The translations under genes and the position numbers were made by a program. A DNA stretch of 64,000 nucleotides. It comes from an uncultured Gemmatimonadales bacterium. GTDB taxonomy: Bacteria > Gemmatimonadota > Gemmatimonadetes > Longimicrobiales > Longimicrobiaceae. Location: NCBI GenBank assembly GCA_963716255.1, contig OY970303.1, positions 7,392,001-7,456,000 on the forward strand. Reading direction: 5' to 3'. This document shows, piece after piece, positions 28,587 through 37,420 of this stretch; position 1 is the stretch's first letter; each line of letters opens with the position of its first letter. The notes under the pieces are model-generated. The model was not told where the DNA came from, did no database searches, and saw only the letters and a program-made list of their open reading frames with translations.

Positions 28587-29138
28587 TCACCCGTCGTCCG
28601 CGCCGGGGAGCCACGGCGCCAGCCGCTCCCGCAGCACCCGCAGCGCCTTCCCCATCTGCGCCTCCACCGTCTTCACCGAGATCCCCATGGTCTCCGCGAT
28701 CTCGGCGTAGCGCAGCCCCCGCACCCGGCTCAGCTCGAACACCTCGCGGCAGCGCTCCGGCAGCTCCCCCACCGCCTCGCGCACCGCGGCGTCGATCTCC
28801 GCCTCCTCCAGCGCGGCCTGCGCCGTGGGCGGCGACGACGACTCGCCCGCGGCGAAGGGCTCGCCGCGCCGCTCCACCTTCTCGTGGCGCAGGTGGTTGA
28901 GCGCGCGGTTGCGGACCGCGCGGAACAGGTACGCGCGCAGCGACTCCTCCAGCACCAGCGACTCCCGGCGCCGCCACAGCTCCAGCAGGACGTCCTGCAC
29001 GACCTCCTCCGCAACGGCGCGCTGCCGCAGCATCCCCTCCGCCAGCCTCACCAGCGGCGCGTAGTGGGCGCGGAAGAGGGCGTCGAAGGCGTCGTCGTCG
29101 CCTGCGCGAAGTCGGGCGAGGAGCTCCTGTTCGCTCAA
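28587..29138 (-). CDS. ECF RNA polymerase sigma-70 factor (FecI-like)
   Basis: AEEVVQDVLLELW, YLFRAVRNRALNHLR, LPERCREVF and GISVKTVEAQM; TTG start after GGAGGAG; divergent from FecR. Confidence 0.93.
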   Translation of the reverse strand: MSEQELLARLRAGDDDAFDALFRAHYAPLVRLAEGMLRQRAVAEEVVQDVLLELWRRRESLVLEESLRAYLFRAVRNRALNHLRHEKVERRGEPFAAGESSSPPTAQAALEEAEIDAAVREAVGELPERCREVFELSRVRGLRYAEIAETMGISVKTVEAQMGKALRVLRERLAPWLPGADDG

Positions 29139-29241
29139 CGTGGGCCGGGCTCCTCCGGGCGTGGAATTCGCTGGGACTGTCGGCGTGCACCGCGGAAAGC
29201 CTAAATTATCCCGGGCCGTCCCACGCGAGCAACGTGCCGCG

Positions 29242-29268
29242 TAGGGGTGACGGCGCCCTGGCGTGTCT
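29242..29268 (+). promoter_or_regulatory. Putative ECF-sigma promoter TAGGGGT-N12-GCGTGTCT
   Basis: Immediately upstream of the FecR-like gene (ATG 29278), adjacent to the sigma gene. Confidence 0.65.
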
Positions 29269-29277
29269 GGTGAGGGT

Positions 29278-30351
29278 ATGAGCGACGAGAGACCGAACCC
29301 CGCGCTGCCGGACGAGGACGTCGACTGGGAGGCGCTGGCCCGATACCTGGCCGGCGAGAGCCCCCCCGCCGAGGCCGAGTCCGTGCGCGCCTGGCTCGCC
29401 GCCGAGCCCGGGCGCGCTGCGCTGTACGGCGGGCTGGACGACGCCCTGGGCCGGCTGGCCTTCGCGCCGCCGGCGGACCTGGACGTGGAAGCCGCCCTGC
29501 GCCGCACCCGCGAGCGCATGCGCGAAACGCCGGTGATCCCCCTGGCGCCGCGCGCCCCCCGGAGGACCGCGTGGGCCGCCGCGTGGGGCTCGCCGGCGCT
29601 GCGCGCCGCCGCCGCCGTGGTGCTGCTGGTGGGCGGGGCGCTGCTCGCGTGGACGCTGCGCGAGCGGGGCGGGGTGGGGGCCCCGGGGCTCGCCGCCCGC
29701 AGCTACGCCACCGCCGTGGGGCAGCGCGACTCGCTGCGCCTGCCCGACGGCACCCGCGTGCTGCTGGGGCCGGGGAGCCGCCTGGAAGTGGCGGCGGGCT
29801 ACGGGGAGCGCGCGCGCGAGGTGGCGCTGAACGGCGAAGCGCTGTTCGACGTGCCGCACGACGACGCGCGCCCCTTCACCGTGCGGGCCGGGTCCGCGCT
29901 GGTGCGCGACCTGGGCACCGTATTCGGGGTGCGCAGCGACGACGCCGGCGCGGTGCGGGTGGTGGTGACGCAGGGCGCGGTGCAGCTGCGCCCCGCCGCC
30001 GCCCGTGCGGACACCGGCGTGGTGCTGCTCCGCGGCGACCGCGGCGTCCTCCCGCCCGCGGGCCGCGCCCGCGCCGAGCGCGCCGCCGCCCGCGAGGACG
30101 ACCTGGCGTGGACGCGCGGGCGTCTCGTCTTCCGCGACGCGCCCGTGGAGCGCGTCGCCGCCGACCTGCGCCGCTGGTACGGCGTGGAGCTGCGCGTGGC
30201 CGACCCGGCGCTCGCCGGGCGCCGCCTCACCGCGTCGTTCGCGGGCGAACCGCGCGAGCAGGTGCTGCGCGTGGTGGCGCTGGCGCTCGGCGCCGAGCTG
30301 GAGCTGCGCGGCGACGTCGCGACGCTGCGCGCCGGGGCGGGGACGCCGTGA
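29278..30351 (+). CDS. FecR family anti-sigma / signal transducer
   Basis: LARYLAGE N-terminus, one TM, then LPDGTRVLLGPGSRL, GEALFDV, DLGTVFGV and AWTRGRLVFRD. Confidence 0.93.
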   Translation: MSDERPNPALPDEDVDWEALARYLAGESPPAEAESVRAWLAAEPGRAALYGGLDDALGRLAFAPPADLDVEAALRRTRERMRETPVIPLAPRAPRRTAWAAAWGSPALRAAAAVVLLVGGALLAWTLRERGGVGAPGLAARSYATAVGQRDSLRLPDGTRVLLGPGSRLEVAAGYGERAREVALNGEALFDVPHDDARPFTVRAGSALVRDLGTVFGVRSDDAGAVRVVVTQGAVQLRPAAARADTGVVLLRGDRGVLPPAGRARAERAAAREDDLAWTRGRLVFRDAPVERVAADLRRWYGVELRVADPALAGRRLTASFAGEPREQVLRVVALALGAELELRGDVATLRAGAGTP

Positions 30352-32903
30352 GCCGCCGCCGCCGGGCCGCCTGCGCCGCGGCGGCGCTCGTGCTCGCCGC
30401 CGCGCTCCCCGCGCGCGCGCAGTCCGGGTGCGGCCCGCGCGCGGGCGCGCCCGCACCCGCTGGCGGCTGGGCGCCTCCGCTGGACCGCTCCGTGTCCCTG
30501 CACGCCGGCGACGTGTCGCTGCGCAGCGCCCTGGACCGCCTCGCCGCCGCCTCGCGCGTCCGCTTCTCCTACAGCGCCGACCTCCTCCCGCTGGACCGCC
30601 GCGTCTGCGCCTCCGGCGACGCCGTTCCCGTGGGGCAGGCGCTCGCCGAGCTGCTCCGCGGCACCGGCGTCGCCCCGGTGGTCGCCGGGCCGGACCAAGT
30701 GGTGCTGGCGCCCTCGCGCGAGCCCACCGCCGCCGGGGCCGCCGGCGCGGAGCCCGCGCAGACGGTGGCGCTGGACCGCATCGTGGTCACCGGCACCCCC
30801 AACGGGGGCTCGCAGCGCGCCCTCCCCTACGCCCTGGACGTGCTGGACGGCGGCGTACTGGAGCGGCGGGGGACGGGACGGCTGGCGCAGGAGCTGAACG
30901 GCGCCGTGCCCGGGATCTGGGCCTGGGAGTCGTCACCGGCCAGCGTGTTGACGCGCTACGGGAGCATCCGGGGCGCCAGCTCCTTCGGGGTGAGCTACCC
31001 CAAGGTGTACATCGACGGCATCGAGGTCGCCAACCCGCTCCTGGTGTCCCAGCTCGCCCCCGAGACGGTGGAGCGGGTGGAGGTGATCCGCGGGCCCCAG
31101 GGCGCGGCGCTCTACGGCACCGACGCCATCAGCGGCGTCGTCAACATCGTCACCCGGCACGAGGGGAGCGATCAGGGCGCCGCCCGCGTCCGCGTGCGCA
31201 GCGGCGTGGGCCTTTCCGACAGCGAGTTCTCGCCCGGCTCCCCGCTGGCGCAGGACCACGCCCTCACCCTGCGCGCCGGCTCCCCCACCCGCTCGGCGGG
31301 GCTCAGCGTGGCGGGGCGCAGCGTGGGCGAGTTCATCCCCGACGCCTACAGCCGCAGCGTGGCCGCACTGGGGAGCGCACGCCTGGTTGGAGCGCGCTCC
31401 ATCACCACCGGCCTCGCGCGCTTTTCCGCCGAGCGCGCCGGCGTGTCCGCCAGCCCGCTCCTCCCCGCGGACACCGGCGCCGCGGCCCCGGCCGTCGCCG
31501 CCGGCCGCCAGTCGGTGCGGCAGTACACCCTGGGGATGAGCTCCGTGTTCGTGCAGGACGACCGCTGGACGCACTCGCTGACCGTGGGCGTGGACGGCAA
31601 CCGGCTGGCCGGCGTCCCCGAGGGCCGCGCCCCGTTCGGCCTTGCCGACGCCCCCGGCGTGCGCACGGGCGACGGCGGCGCCGACCGGGGGACGTTCCGC
31701 GCCGGCAGCGTCGCCCGCTTCGGCGAGGGGGGCGCGCTGTCCGGGGGGATCGCCTTCGCCGCCGAGCACTCGGCGCTGCGCGAGGTCACCTATCCCGACG
31801 TGTCGCAGCCCGTGACGGGTGGATCCGGGTGGTCCGGGAGCACGCCGGGGCAGGGGAGCGCTACGGGGTCCGGGAGCACCGCCGAGCCGGCGGGGCCCGC
31901 CGCCGCGCAGGTGGAGTGGCGGCAGAGCTCGGCCGTGCTGGCCCAGGGGCACGCCTCGCTGCGCGAGTCGCTGTGGCTCACCGCCGGGCTGCGCCTGGAG
32001 CGCAACGAGGGGCTCACCGGCCGGGGGCAGGGGGCCGCGCTCCCCATGCTGGGGGCGTCGTGGGTGGGCGAGCACGGCGACGCCACGCTCAAGCTGCGCG
32101 GCGCCTACGGCAAGGGCATCCGCCCGCTGCGCACCGCCGCGCGCGAAGCGTCGTGGCCCGGCTTCCACGCGCGCTCCGCCGACGGCGATCTGGCCCCCGA
32201 GGAGCAGTCCGGCGTGGAGGTGGGCGCCGACCTGCTGCTGGGGAGCGGGCTGGCCCTGCACCTCACCCGCTTCGACCAGCTCGCCTCCGGGCTGGTCCAG
32301 CGGGTCCCCTACGAGCAGGCGCCCTCGGGGGTGTACGCCATGCGCCGCGAGGAGCGGATGGAGCCGCGCCGCATCGGCTACCGGCTGGAGAACGTGGGCC
32401 AGATCACCAACCGCGGGTGGGAGGCCCAGGGCTCGGCGGAGCTGGGCCCCCTGGCGCTGGACGGGTCCTTTTCCCTGGTCGACAGCCGTGTGCGCCGGGT
32501 GGCCGGGGGCTACACCGGCGAGCTGCGCCCCGGCGACCGCATGCTGGAGGTGCCGGCGCGCACGGCCAGCCTGACGGCGTCGTGGCTGGGCGGCGGCTGG
32601 GCGGGGTCGGTGACGGCGTACCGCGCCTGGGACTGGATCAACTACGACTACCTGGCGCTCGCCCGCGACTCCGCCGACGCCTCGCACTCCTCGCAGGAGC
32701 TGGTGGGCGCGAAGCTGCGCACCTACTGGCGCGAGTACCCGGGAATCACGCACCTGCGCGCCACGGCCGCGCGCGACGTGCGCCCCGGGCTGTCGCTGGT
32801 GCTTTCCGGCGACAACCTGCTGGGCCGCCAGCTCGGCGAGCCCGACAACGTCACCGTGCTCCCCGGCCGCACGCTCACCCTGGGGCTTCGCGCCGAGTTC
32901 TGA
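30348..32903 (+). CDS. TonB-dependent receptor with N-terminal STN signalling domain
   Basis: GTG start overlaps the FecR stop; SLRSALDRLA..RFSYS (STN), LDRIVVTG, VERVEVIRGPQGAALYGTDAISGVVNIVT; ends PGRTLTLGLRAEF. Confidence 0.93.
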   Translation: MSRRRRAACAAAALVLAAALPARAQSGCGPRAGAPAPAGGWAPPLDRSVSLHAGDVSLRSALDRLAAASRVRFSYSADLLPLDRRVCASGDAVPVGQALAELLRGTGVAPVVAGPDQVVLAPSREPTAAGAAGAEPAQTVALDRIVVTGTPNGGSQRALPYALDVLDGGVLERRGTGRLAQELNGAVPGIWAWESSPASVLTRYGSIRGASSFGVSYPKVYIDGIEVANPLLVSQLAPETVERVEVIRGPQGAALYGTDAISGVVNIVTRHEGSDQGAARVRVRSGVGLSDSEFSPGSPLAQDHALTLRAGSPTRSAGLSVAGRSVGEFIPDAYSRSVAALGSARLVGARSITTGLARFSAERAGVSASPLLPADTGAAAPAVAAGRQSVRQYTLGMSSVFVQDDRWTHSLTVGVDGNRLAGVPEGRAPFGLADAPGVRTGDGGADRGTFRAGSVARFGEGGALSGGIAFAAEHSALREVTYPDVSQPVTGGSGWSGSTPGQGSATGSGSTAEPAGPAAAQVEWRQSSAVLAQGHASLRESLWLTAGLRLERNEGLTGRGQGAALPMLGASWVGEHGDATLKLRGAYGKGIRPLRTAAREASWPGFHARSADGDLAPEEQSGVEVGADLLLGSGLALHLTRFDQLASGLVQRVPYEQAPSGVYAMRREERMEPRRIGYRLENVGQITNRGWEAQGSAELGPLALDGSFSLVDSRVRRVAGGYTGELRPGDRMLEVPARTASLTASWLGGGWAGSVTAYRAWDWINYDYLALARDSADASHSSQELVGAKLRTYWREYPGITHLRATAARDVRPGLSLVLSGDNLLGRQLGEPDNVTVLPGRTLTLGLRAEF

Positions 32904-33049
32904 GCCGATCGCCGCCCCCTGTTTGGAAGCCGCCCCGCCCGGACCGTTGCCGCGCGGGGCGGCGCCGTTTCCGCCCGCGCCGCTTCCGCCTGGCCCGGTT
33001 CTTGTCTGGGGGCGTGCGACCTCGGAAGGATCAACCAGGGCGGGGAACG

Positions 33050-35137
33050 ATGGAAGACACAGGGCAGACGGGGGGAGAGCCGACCCGGCCGGACCGGCCG
33101 CGCGGTGGCGCCGGCGTGTTCACGGGGGCGGGGGAGATGGCGGCGCGGTGCCGGGCAACCGACTGGGCGGCCACCCCGCTGGGCCCGGTGGAGGGGTGGC
33201 CCGACGCCCTGCGCTTCGCGGTCCGCACCTGCCTGGAGTCGCCATTCCCCATCAACCTGTGGTGCGGCCCCGAGCTGGTGCTCATCTACAACGACGGCTA
33301 CCGCCACGTCCTGGGGCAGAAGCACCCCGCCGCGCTGGGCCGCCCCGGCCCCCGGGTGTGGGCCGAGATCTGGCCCGAGATCGAGCCCATGTTCCGGGAG
33401 ATCCGCGCGGGCGGGCCCCCGGTCTACGCCGACGACGCCCCGTTCGTGGTGGAGCGCCCCGCCGGCCACCCCGCCGCCGGCCGCCCGGACGGCCCCAACG
33501 CCTGGTACACCTTCGCGCTCAGCCCCGTGCGCGACGAGGAGGGCGCCGTCGTCGCCTTCCTCAACATCGTTTCCGAGACCACCGGCCGCATCCTGGCCGA
33601 GCGCGCCACCGACGCCGCCCGCGCCGCCGCCCAGGCCGCCGAAGCCCGGCTCCGCGACGTGTTCGCGCAGGCCCCGTCGTTCATGGCCGTGCTGCGCGGG
33701 CCCGAGCACGTCTTCGAGTTCGTCAACGAAGCCTACTACACCCTGGTGGGGCGCCGCGAGCTGCTGGGGCGCCCCGTCCTGGAAGCCCTCCCCGAGGTGC
33801 GCGGCCAGGGCTTCGACCGGCTCCTGGACCGCGTCCTGGAGACCGGCGAGCCCTTCGTGGGGGCGGAGGTGCGCTTCCTGGTGCAGCCCACGCCCGACGC
33901 CGAGCCCGGGGAGCGCTTCCTGGACTTCGTCTACTACCCCATCACCGAGGCCGACGGCACCCGCTCCGGCGTGGTCGCCCACGGCTCCGACGTCACCGGG
34001 AGCGTCCGCTCCCGCCGCGAGGTGGAGACCCAGCGCTCCCGCCTGGAGCAGATCTTCACCGAGGCCCCCGCCGTGATGGCGCTGTACTCCGGCCCCGACC
34101 ACGTGGTCACCCTGGTGAACCCCACCTGGGAGCGCTCGGTGGGGAAGCCCGGCGCCGTGGGGAAGCCGTTCCGCGAAGTGTTCCCGGAGTTCGCCGGCAC
34201 CGGGCTCTTCGAGATGCTGGACCGGGTGTACCGCACCGGCGAGCCCTTCGTGGACCCCGAGGTCAACGTCCCCCTGGAGCGCTGGGGGAGCGGCGTGCTG
34301 GAGGACACCTACTGGCACCTGGTGTGGCGTCCGCTGGCCGGCCCCGACCCCGAGCGGCGCGACATCCTGGTGCACGCCGTGGAGGTGACCGCCCAGGTCC
34401 TGGCGCGCCGTGAGGTGGAGCAGAAGGCCGAGGAGCTGGCCCGGCTGGCCGCCGCGCTGGAGGTCAGCAACCGCGAGCTGGACCAGTTCGCCTACGTGGC
34501 CTCGCACGACCTGCGTACCCCGCTGCGCGGCATCTCCAACCTGTCGCAGTGGATCGAGGACGACCTGGAAGACCGCTTCACCGACTCCGCGCGCGAGCAC
34601 ATGCGCCTGCTGCGCAGCCGCGTGGAGCGGCTGGACGGGCTGATCGACGGGATCCTGCGCTACTCCCGCGCCGGGCGCGTGGGCGAGCGCCCCGAGCGGG
34701 TGGACGTGGAGGCGCTGGCGCACGAGGTGGTGGACCTGCTGGCCCCCCCGCCCGAGGTGGAGGTGCGCGTGCTCCCCGGGCTCCCCGTGCTCCTCACCGA
34801 GCGGCTCCCGCTCCAGCAGGTGCTCCTCAACCTGGTGGGCAACGCCGTCAAGTACCGCGGCGGCGAGGCGCCGTGGGTGGAGGTCGCCGCCGAGCGGCGG
34901 GACGGCGGCTGGGAGTTCCGCGTCAGCGACAACGGCCGCGGCATCGCCCCCGAGTACCACGAGCGCATCTTCGGGATCTTCCAGACGCTCCACGCCCGCG
35001 ACGAAGTGGAGGGGGCGGGGATCGGGCTGTCCATCGTCAAGAAGGCGGTGGAGAGCCGGGGCGGCCGCGTGAGCGTGGAGTCCGGGGACGGGCAGGGCGC
35101 CACCTTCCGGTTCCTCTGGCCCGCGGCGGAAGTGTGA
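33050..35137 (+). CDS. Multi-PAS cytoplasmic sensor histidine kinase
   Basis: DWAATPLGPVEGWP N-terminus, PAS repeats, ASHDLRTPL, NLVGNAVKY, DNGRGI and GAGIGLSI. Confidence 0.93.
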   Translation: MEDTGQTGGEPTRPDRPRGGAGVFTGAGEMAARCRATDWAATPLGPVEGWPDALRFAVRTCLESPFPINLWCGPELVLIYNDGYRHVLGQKHPAALGRPGPRVWAEIWPEIEPMFREIRAGGPPVYADDAPFVVERPAGHPAAGRPDGPNAWYTFALSPVRDEEGAVVAFLNIVSETTGRILAERATDAARAAAQAAEARLRDVFAQAPSFMAVLRGPEHVFEFVNEAYYTLVGRRELLGRPVLEALPEVRGQGFDRLLDRVLETGEPFVGAEVRFLVQPTPDAEPGERFLDFVYYPITEADGTRSGVVAHGSDVTGSVRSRREVETQRSRLEQIFTEAPAVMALYSGPDHVVTLVNPTWERSVGKPGAVGKPFREVFPEFAGTGLFEMLDRVYRTGEPFVDPEVNVPLERWGSGVLEDTYWHLVWRPLAGPDPERRDILVHAVEVTAQVLARREVEQKAEELARLAAALEVSNRELDQFAYVASHDLRTPLRGISNLSQWIEDDLEDRFTDSAREHMRLLRSRVERLDGLIDGILRYSRAGRVGERPERVDVEALAHEVVDLLAPPPEVEVRVLPGLPVLLTERLPLQQVLLNLVGNAVKYRGGEAPWVEVAAERRDGGWEFRVSDNGRGIAPEYHERIFGIFQTLHARDEVEGAGIGLSIVKKAVESRGGRVSVESGDGQGATFRFLWPAAEV

Positions 35138-35223
35138 CGGCGGCGGCCGGGGGCGGGGCGCCGCTGCGGGTGCTGGTGGGGGAGGGGGGTGGCGACGGAA
35201 CGGCATGGAACGTCTTGGAACGG

Positions 35224-35360
35224 CGGTTCGGGCGTGCCCCCGGCTGGCGCCGGGGTCGGGCTTCGGCTCCGTAGCAGACGAAACGACCGTCTGCAACGGA
35301 GTCGAGCCCCCGCGAAACTGCCCGCGGGGTCTCGCCCCTCCGGGCCGAAATCCCTCACGT
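35224..35360 (+). repeat. Repeat family A, copy 8
   Basis: Consensus match; mini-hairpin CCC-TCC-GGG. Confidence 0.93.
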
Positions 35361-35453
35361 GGCATCGCGCTGGCGGATCCCCGGCACCCGTGATGCGGTA
35401 CTCACCCCACGAGCCCGCAGCCGCGCCACGACATCCCGAGCGACCGACCGCCC

Positions 35454-36125
35454 ATGCGCCGCACCACGACCGCCGCCGCCCTCCTCGCCCTCGCCGCCAC
35501 CCTCGGCGGGTGCGGCCTGGGGTGCGAGGACGTCAACCGCATCCACGCCGCCACCGCGGCCGGCTTCGGCGTCACCGCGACGGACGCCGCCGGCACCACC
35601 GCGGCCATGCTGTACGGCACCGCGGACTACACGCAGCAGGAGACCGGGTCGATCCCGGACTTCGACGAGGTGTTCGCCGTGCTGGCCCGCAACTCGGGCG
35701 ACGGCCGCAACCTCCAGTTCACCCTGGTCGGCTTCGAGACCGTCCCCGGCGACCGCATCGTGCTGGTGCTGTCCATCCCCACCCGCGCGCAGCAGGGCGA
35801 CCGCTTCCGCGTGGCCGGCGCCTTCGCTCCGCCGGCGCCGTGGATGGACGAGTGGACCTTCCGCCGCGCGGTGGCCCCTGGCGACGTGGAGATCGCGTTC
35901 GCGCGCACCCGCGCCACCATCCCCAACCCGCCCTACCACTACGCCCCGGTCTACACCGCCACCCGCGCCACCGGCACCGTCCAGGTGCTCCGGCGCGAGC
36001 GCGGCCACCTGGACCTCCAGGTAGAAATCGTGGCCACAGACGACGCCGGGCGCGGCTACCGCATCGCCGGGACGATGGGCGTGGCCGCCGCCAGGGAGGG
36101 CGAGGCCTGCTTCAGCCTGTCCTGA
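35454..36125 (+). CDS. Hypothetical lipoprotein
   Basis: Lipobox LGGC; coding-like GC3 bias. Confidence 0.7.
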   Translation: MRRTTTAAALLALAATLGGCGLGCEDVNRIHAATAAGFGVTATDAAGTTAAMLYGTADYTQQETGSIPDFDEVFAVLARNSGDGRNLQFTLVGFETVPGDRIVLVLSIPTRAQQGDRFRVAGAFAPPAPWMDEWTFRRAVAPGDVEIAFARTRATIPNPPYHYAPVYTATRATGTVQVLRRERGHLDLQVEIVATDDAGRGYRIAGTMGVAAAREGEACFSLS

Positions 36126-36647
36126 CACGGCGGGATCCGTCTGACCTCGTGCGGCCACCCTGCGGACGGCGCCGCCATCCTCGGGTGCGGCGGCAGGAGT
36201 CACTTCGCAGCCGCGTCCCATGCGGAAAGGATGCGCCCGGACTGGCAGGGGAGGTGTGCTGTCTCGCGCGTCCAGCGGACGGAGGTGCAACTGAAGAGGA
36301 GGGCAGAGAACGCCCGCTTTGGGGTTGGAGTGGCGATCCGGCGGCGCGCGGCGAGGTCCGAAAGCATACCCGGGATCACTTCCGCGCTTGTCGTGGAAGT
36401 GCGCGAAGCGGCGGATCCGGGCGGCCTACGCCTGCCCGGTTCCCAGGCCCAGGTGCCGGAGGCGCGCGGCTTCGCGGAACTGGGTTCGTCGCCCGGGTGA
36501 GCTCATCCGCCTTGCGAAGAGGGTGTGGCGAGCCACAGATTTCGTCCGGATGCGAGTTGTCCGGCTTCTGCAGGGTAAGCACCAGGCATCAGGGAGGTTG
36601 GCGGACGCCCGAACGCGTAACTACGGCGGGTTAGATGGAAATCTGGC

Positions 36648-36667
36648 TACTTAATACATAGTTAGGC
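36648..36667 (+). mobile_element. Left junction of cassette array: GTTAGGC core site (half attC or attI-like)
   Basis: GTTRRRY at 36661 followed by CGCA, complementary to TGCGGCCTAAT at the end of cassette 1; a second GTTAGAT at ~36630. Confidence 0.6.
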
Positions 36668-36716
36668 CGCAATACGTAAACCACCACTAAATACTTCTAT
36701 CGCGGAGATTTGGACC

Positions 36717-37202
36717 ATGGATCTAGCAACTGCATCGGCGGTAATCACCACGGCAACGTCAGCAGTGACTCTGTTCGATAAGGTGGCGGGACAGGTCGTG
36801 CGCTTCATCAATAAGTCTCCAGAGCCGGTGGGCCCTCCGAAAGAATTCGACTATAAAGCCACCGGAGCGGGCGGCGAACTCAAGGTCGAAGCGCGTGGGA
36901 CCACAATTCAAGTTATCCGTGGTGAGGATCTCAAGAATCTCCCCGCCGAGTACAATGAACATATTAGGGTGCTCGAAGACTCTGTAAGGCGCTATTACGA
37001 CGTCTGGAAACAGGTTTATCCGCATCGGGACGATGGTAGCTTGGTAGAGAATGCTAAGATCAATAATCAACTTCGCGATCTAGCCTTTAAGATGAAGGAT
37101 GATCTTGCAGGCATTATCGATTTCCTACAGAGCATCGGGGTAGCCCTTGATGACCACTATATCATCTACCGTGATGTTATTCGGCGTTATTCGGGCGAGT
37201 AG
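36717..37202 (+). CDS. Gene cassette 1: hypothetical protein (161 aa)
   Basis: Low-GC ORF with GGAG RBS, bounded by GTTAGGC and an attC. Confidence 0.85.
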   Translation: MDLATASAVITTATSAVTLFDKVAGQVVRFINKSPEPVGPPKEFDYKATGAGGELKVEARGTTIQVIRGEDLKNLPAEYNEHIRVLEDSVRRYYDVWKQVYPHRDDGSLVENAKINNQLRDLAFKMKDDLAGIIDFLQSIGVALDDHYIIYRDVIRRYSGE

Positions 37203-37240
37203 CGCGTAAGAGAGCCGCACGACATCTCAAGTGGCGTGCG

Positions 37241-37340
37241 GCCTAATAATCGGCTGCAGTGGATGCGGGCCTGGCATGTTTTCAGCCGAACGAAAGTCTT
37301 GCGCGACGGCCCCGCACCACTGACCCTTGAGTCGTTAGGC
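37241..37340 (+). mobile_element. Integron attC site
   Basis: GCCTAAT (R'')...CTGCAGTGGATGCGGGCC...GGCCCCGCACCACTGA...GTTAGGC (R'); 100-bp imperfect palindrome directly after a stop codon. Confidence 0.85.
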
Positions 37341-37420
37341 CGCACACATCTACGCCTGCCGTCGTACCCGCTGCCGCTCCGAATCTACCAACAGCCTGCC
37401 AAATGGGGAGGACTCCGCCA

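Noticed and set aside
30005..33049. Long N-terminal extensions in the ORF track (e.g. 1710-aa kinase, 1217-aa M1 peptidase, 834-aa ABC ATPase, 690-aa vWA)
   Set aside because: The extensions overlap other genes or repeats; RBS, signal peptides and domain starts indicate the shorter starts used here.
36126..36647. Integron integrase or its remnant upstream of the cassette array
   Set aside because: No tyrosine-recombinase motifs (RHS/HxLRH, catalytic Tyr region) in the listed ORFs on either strand.
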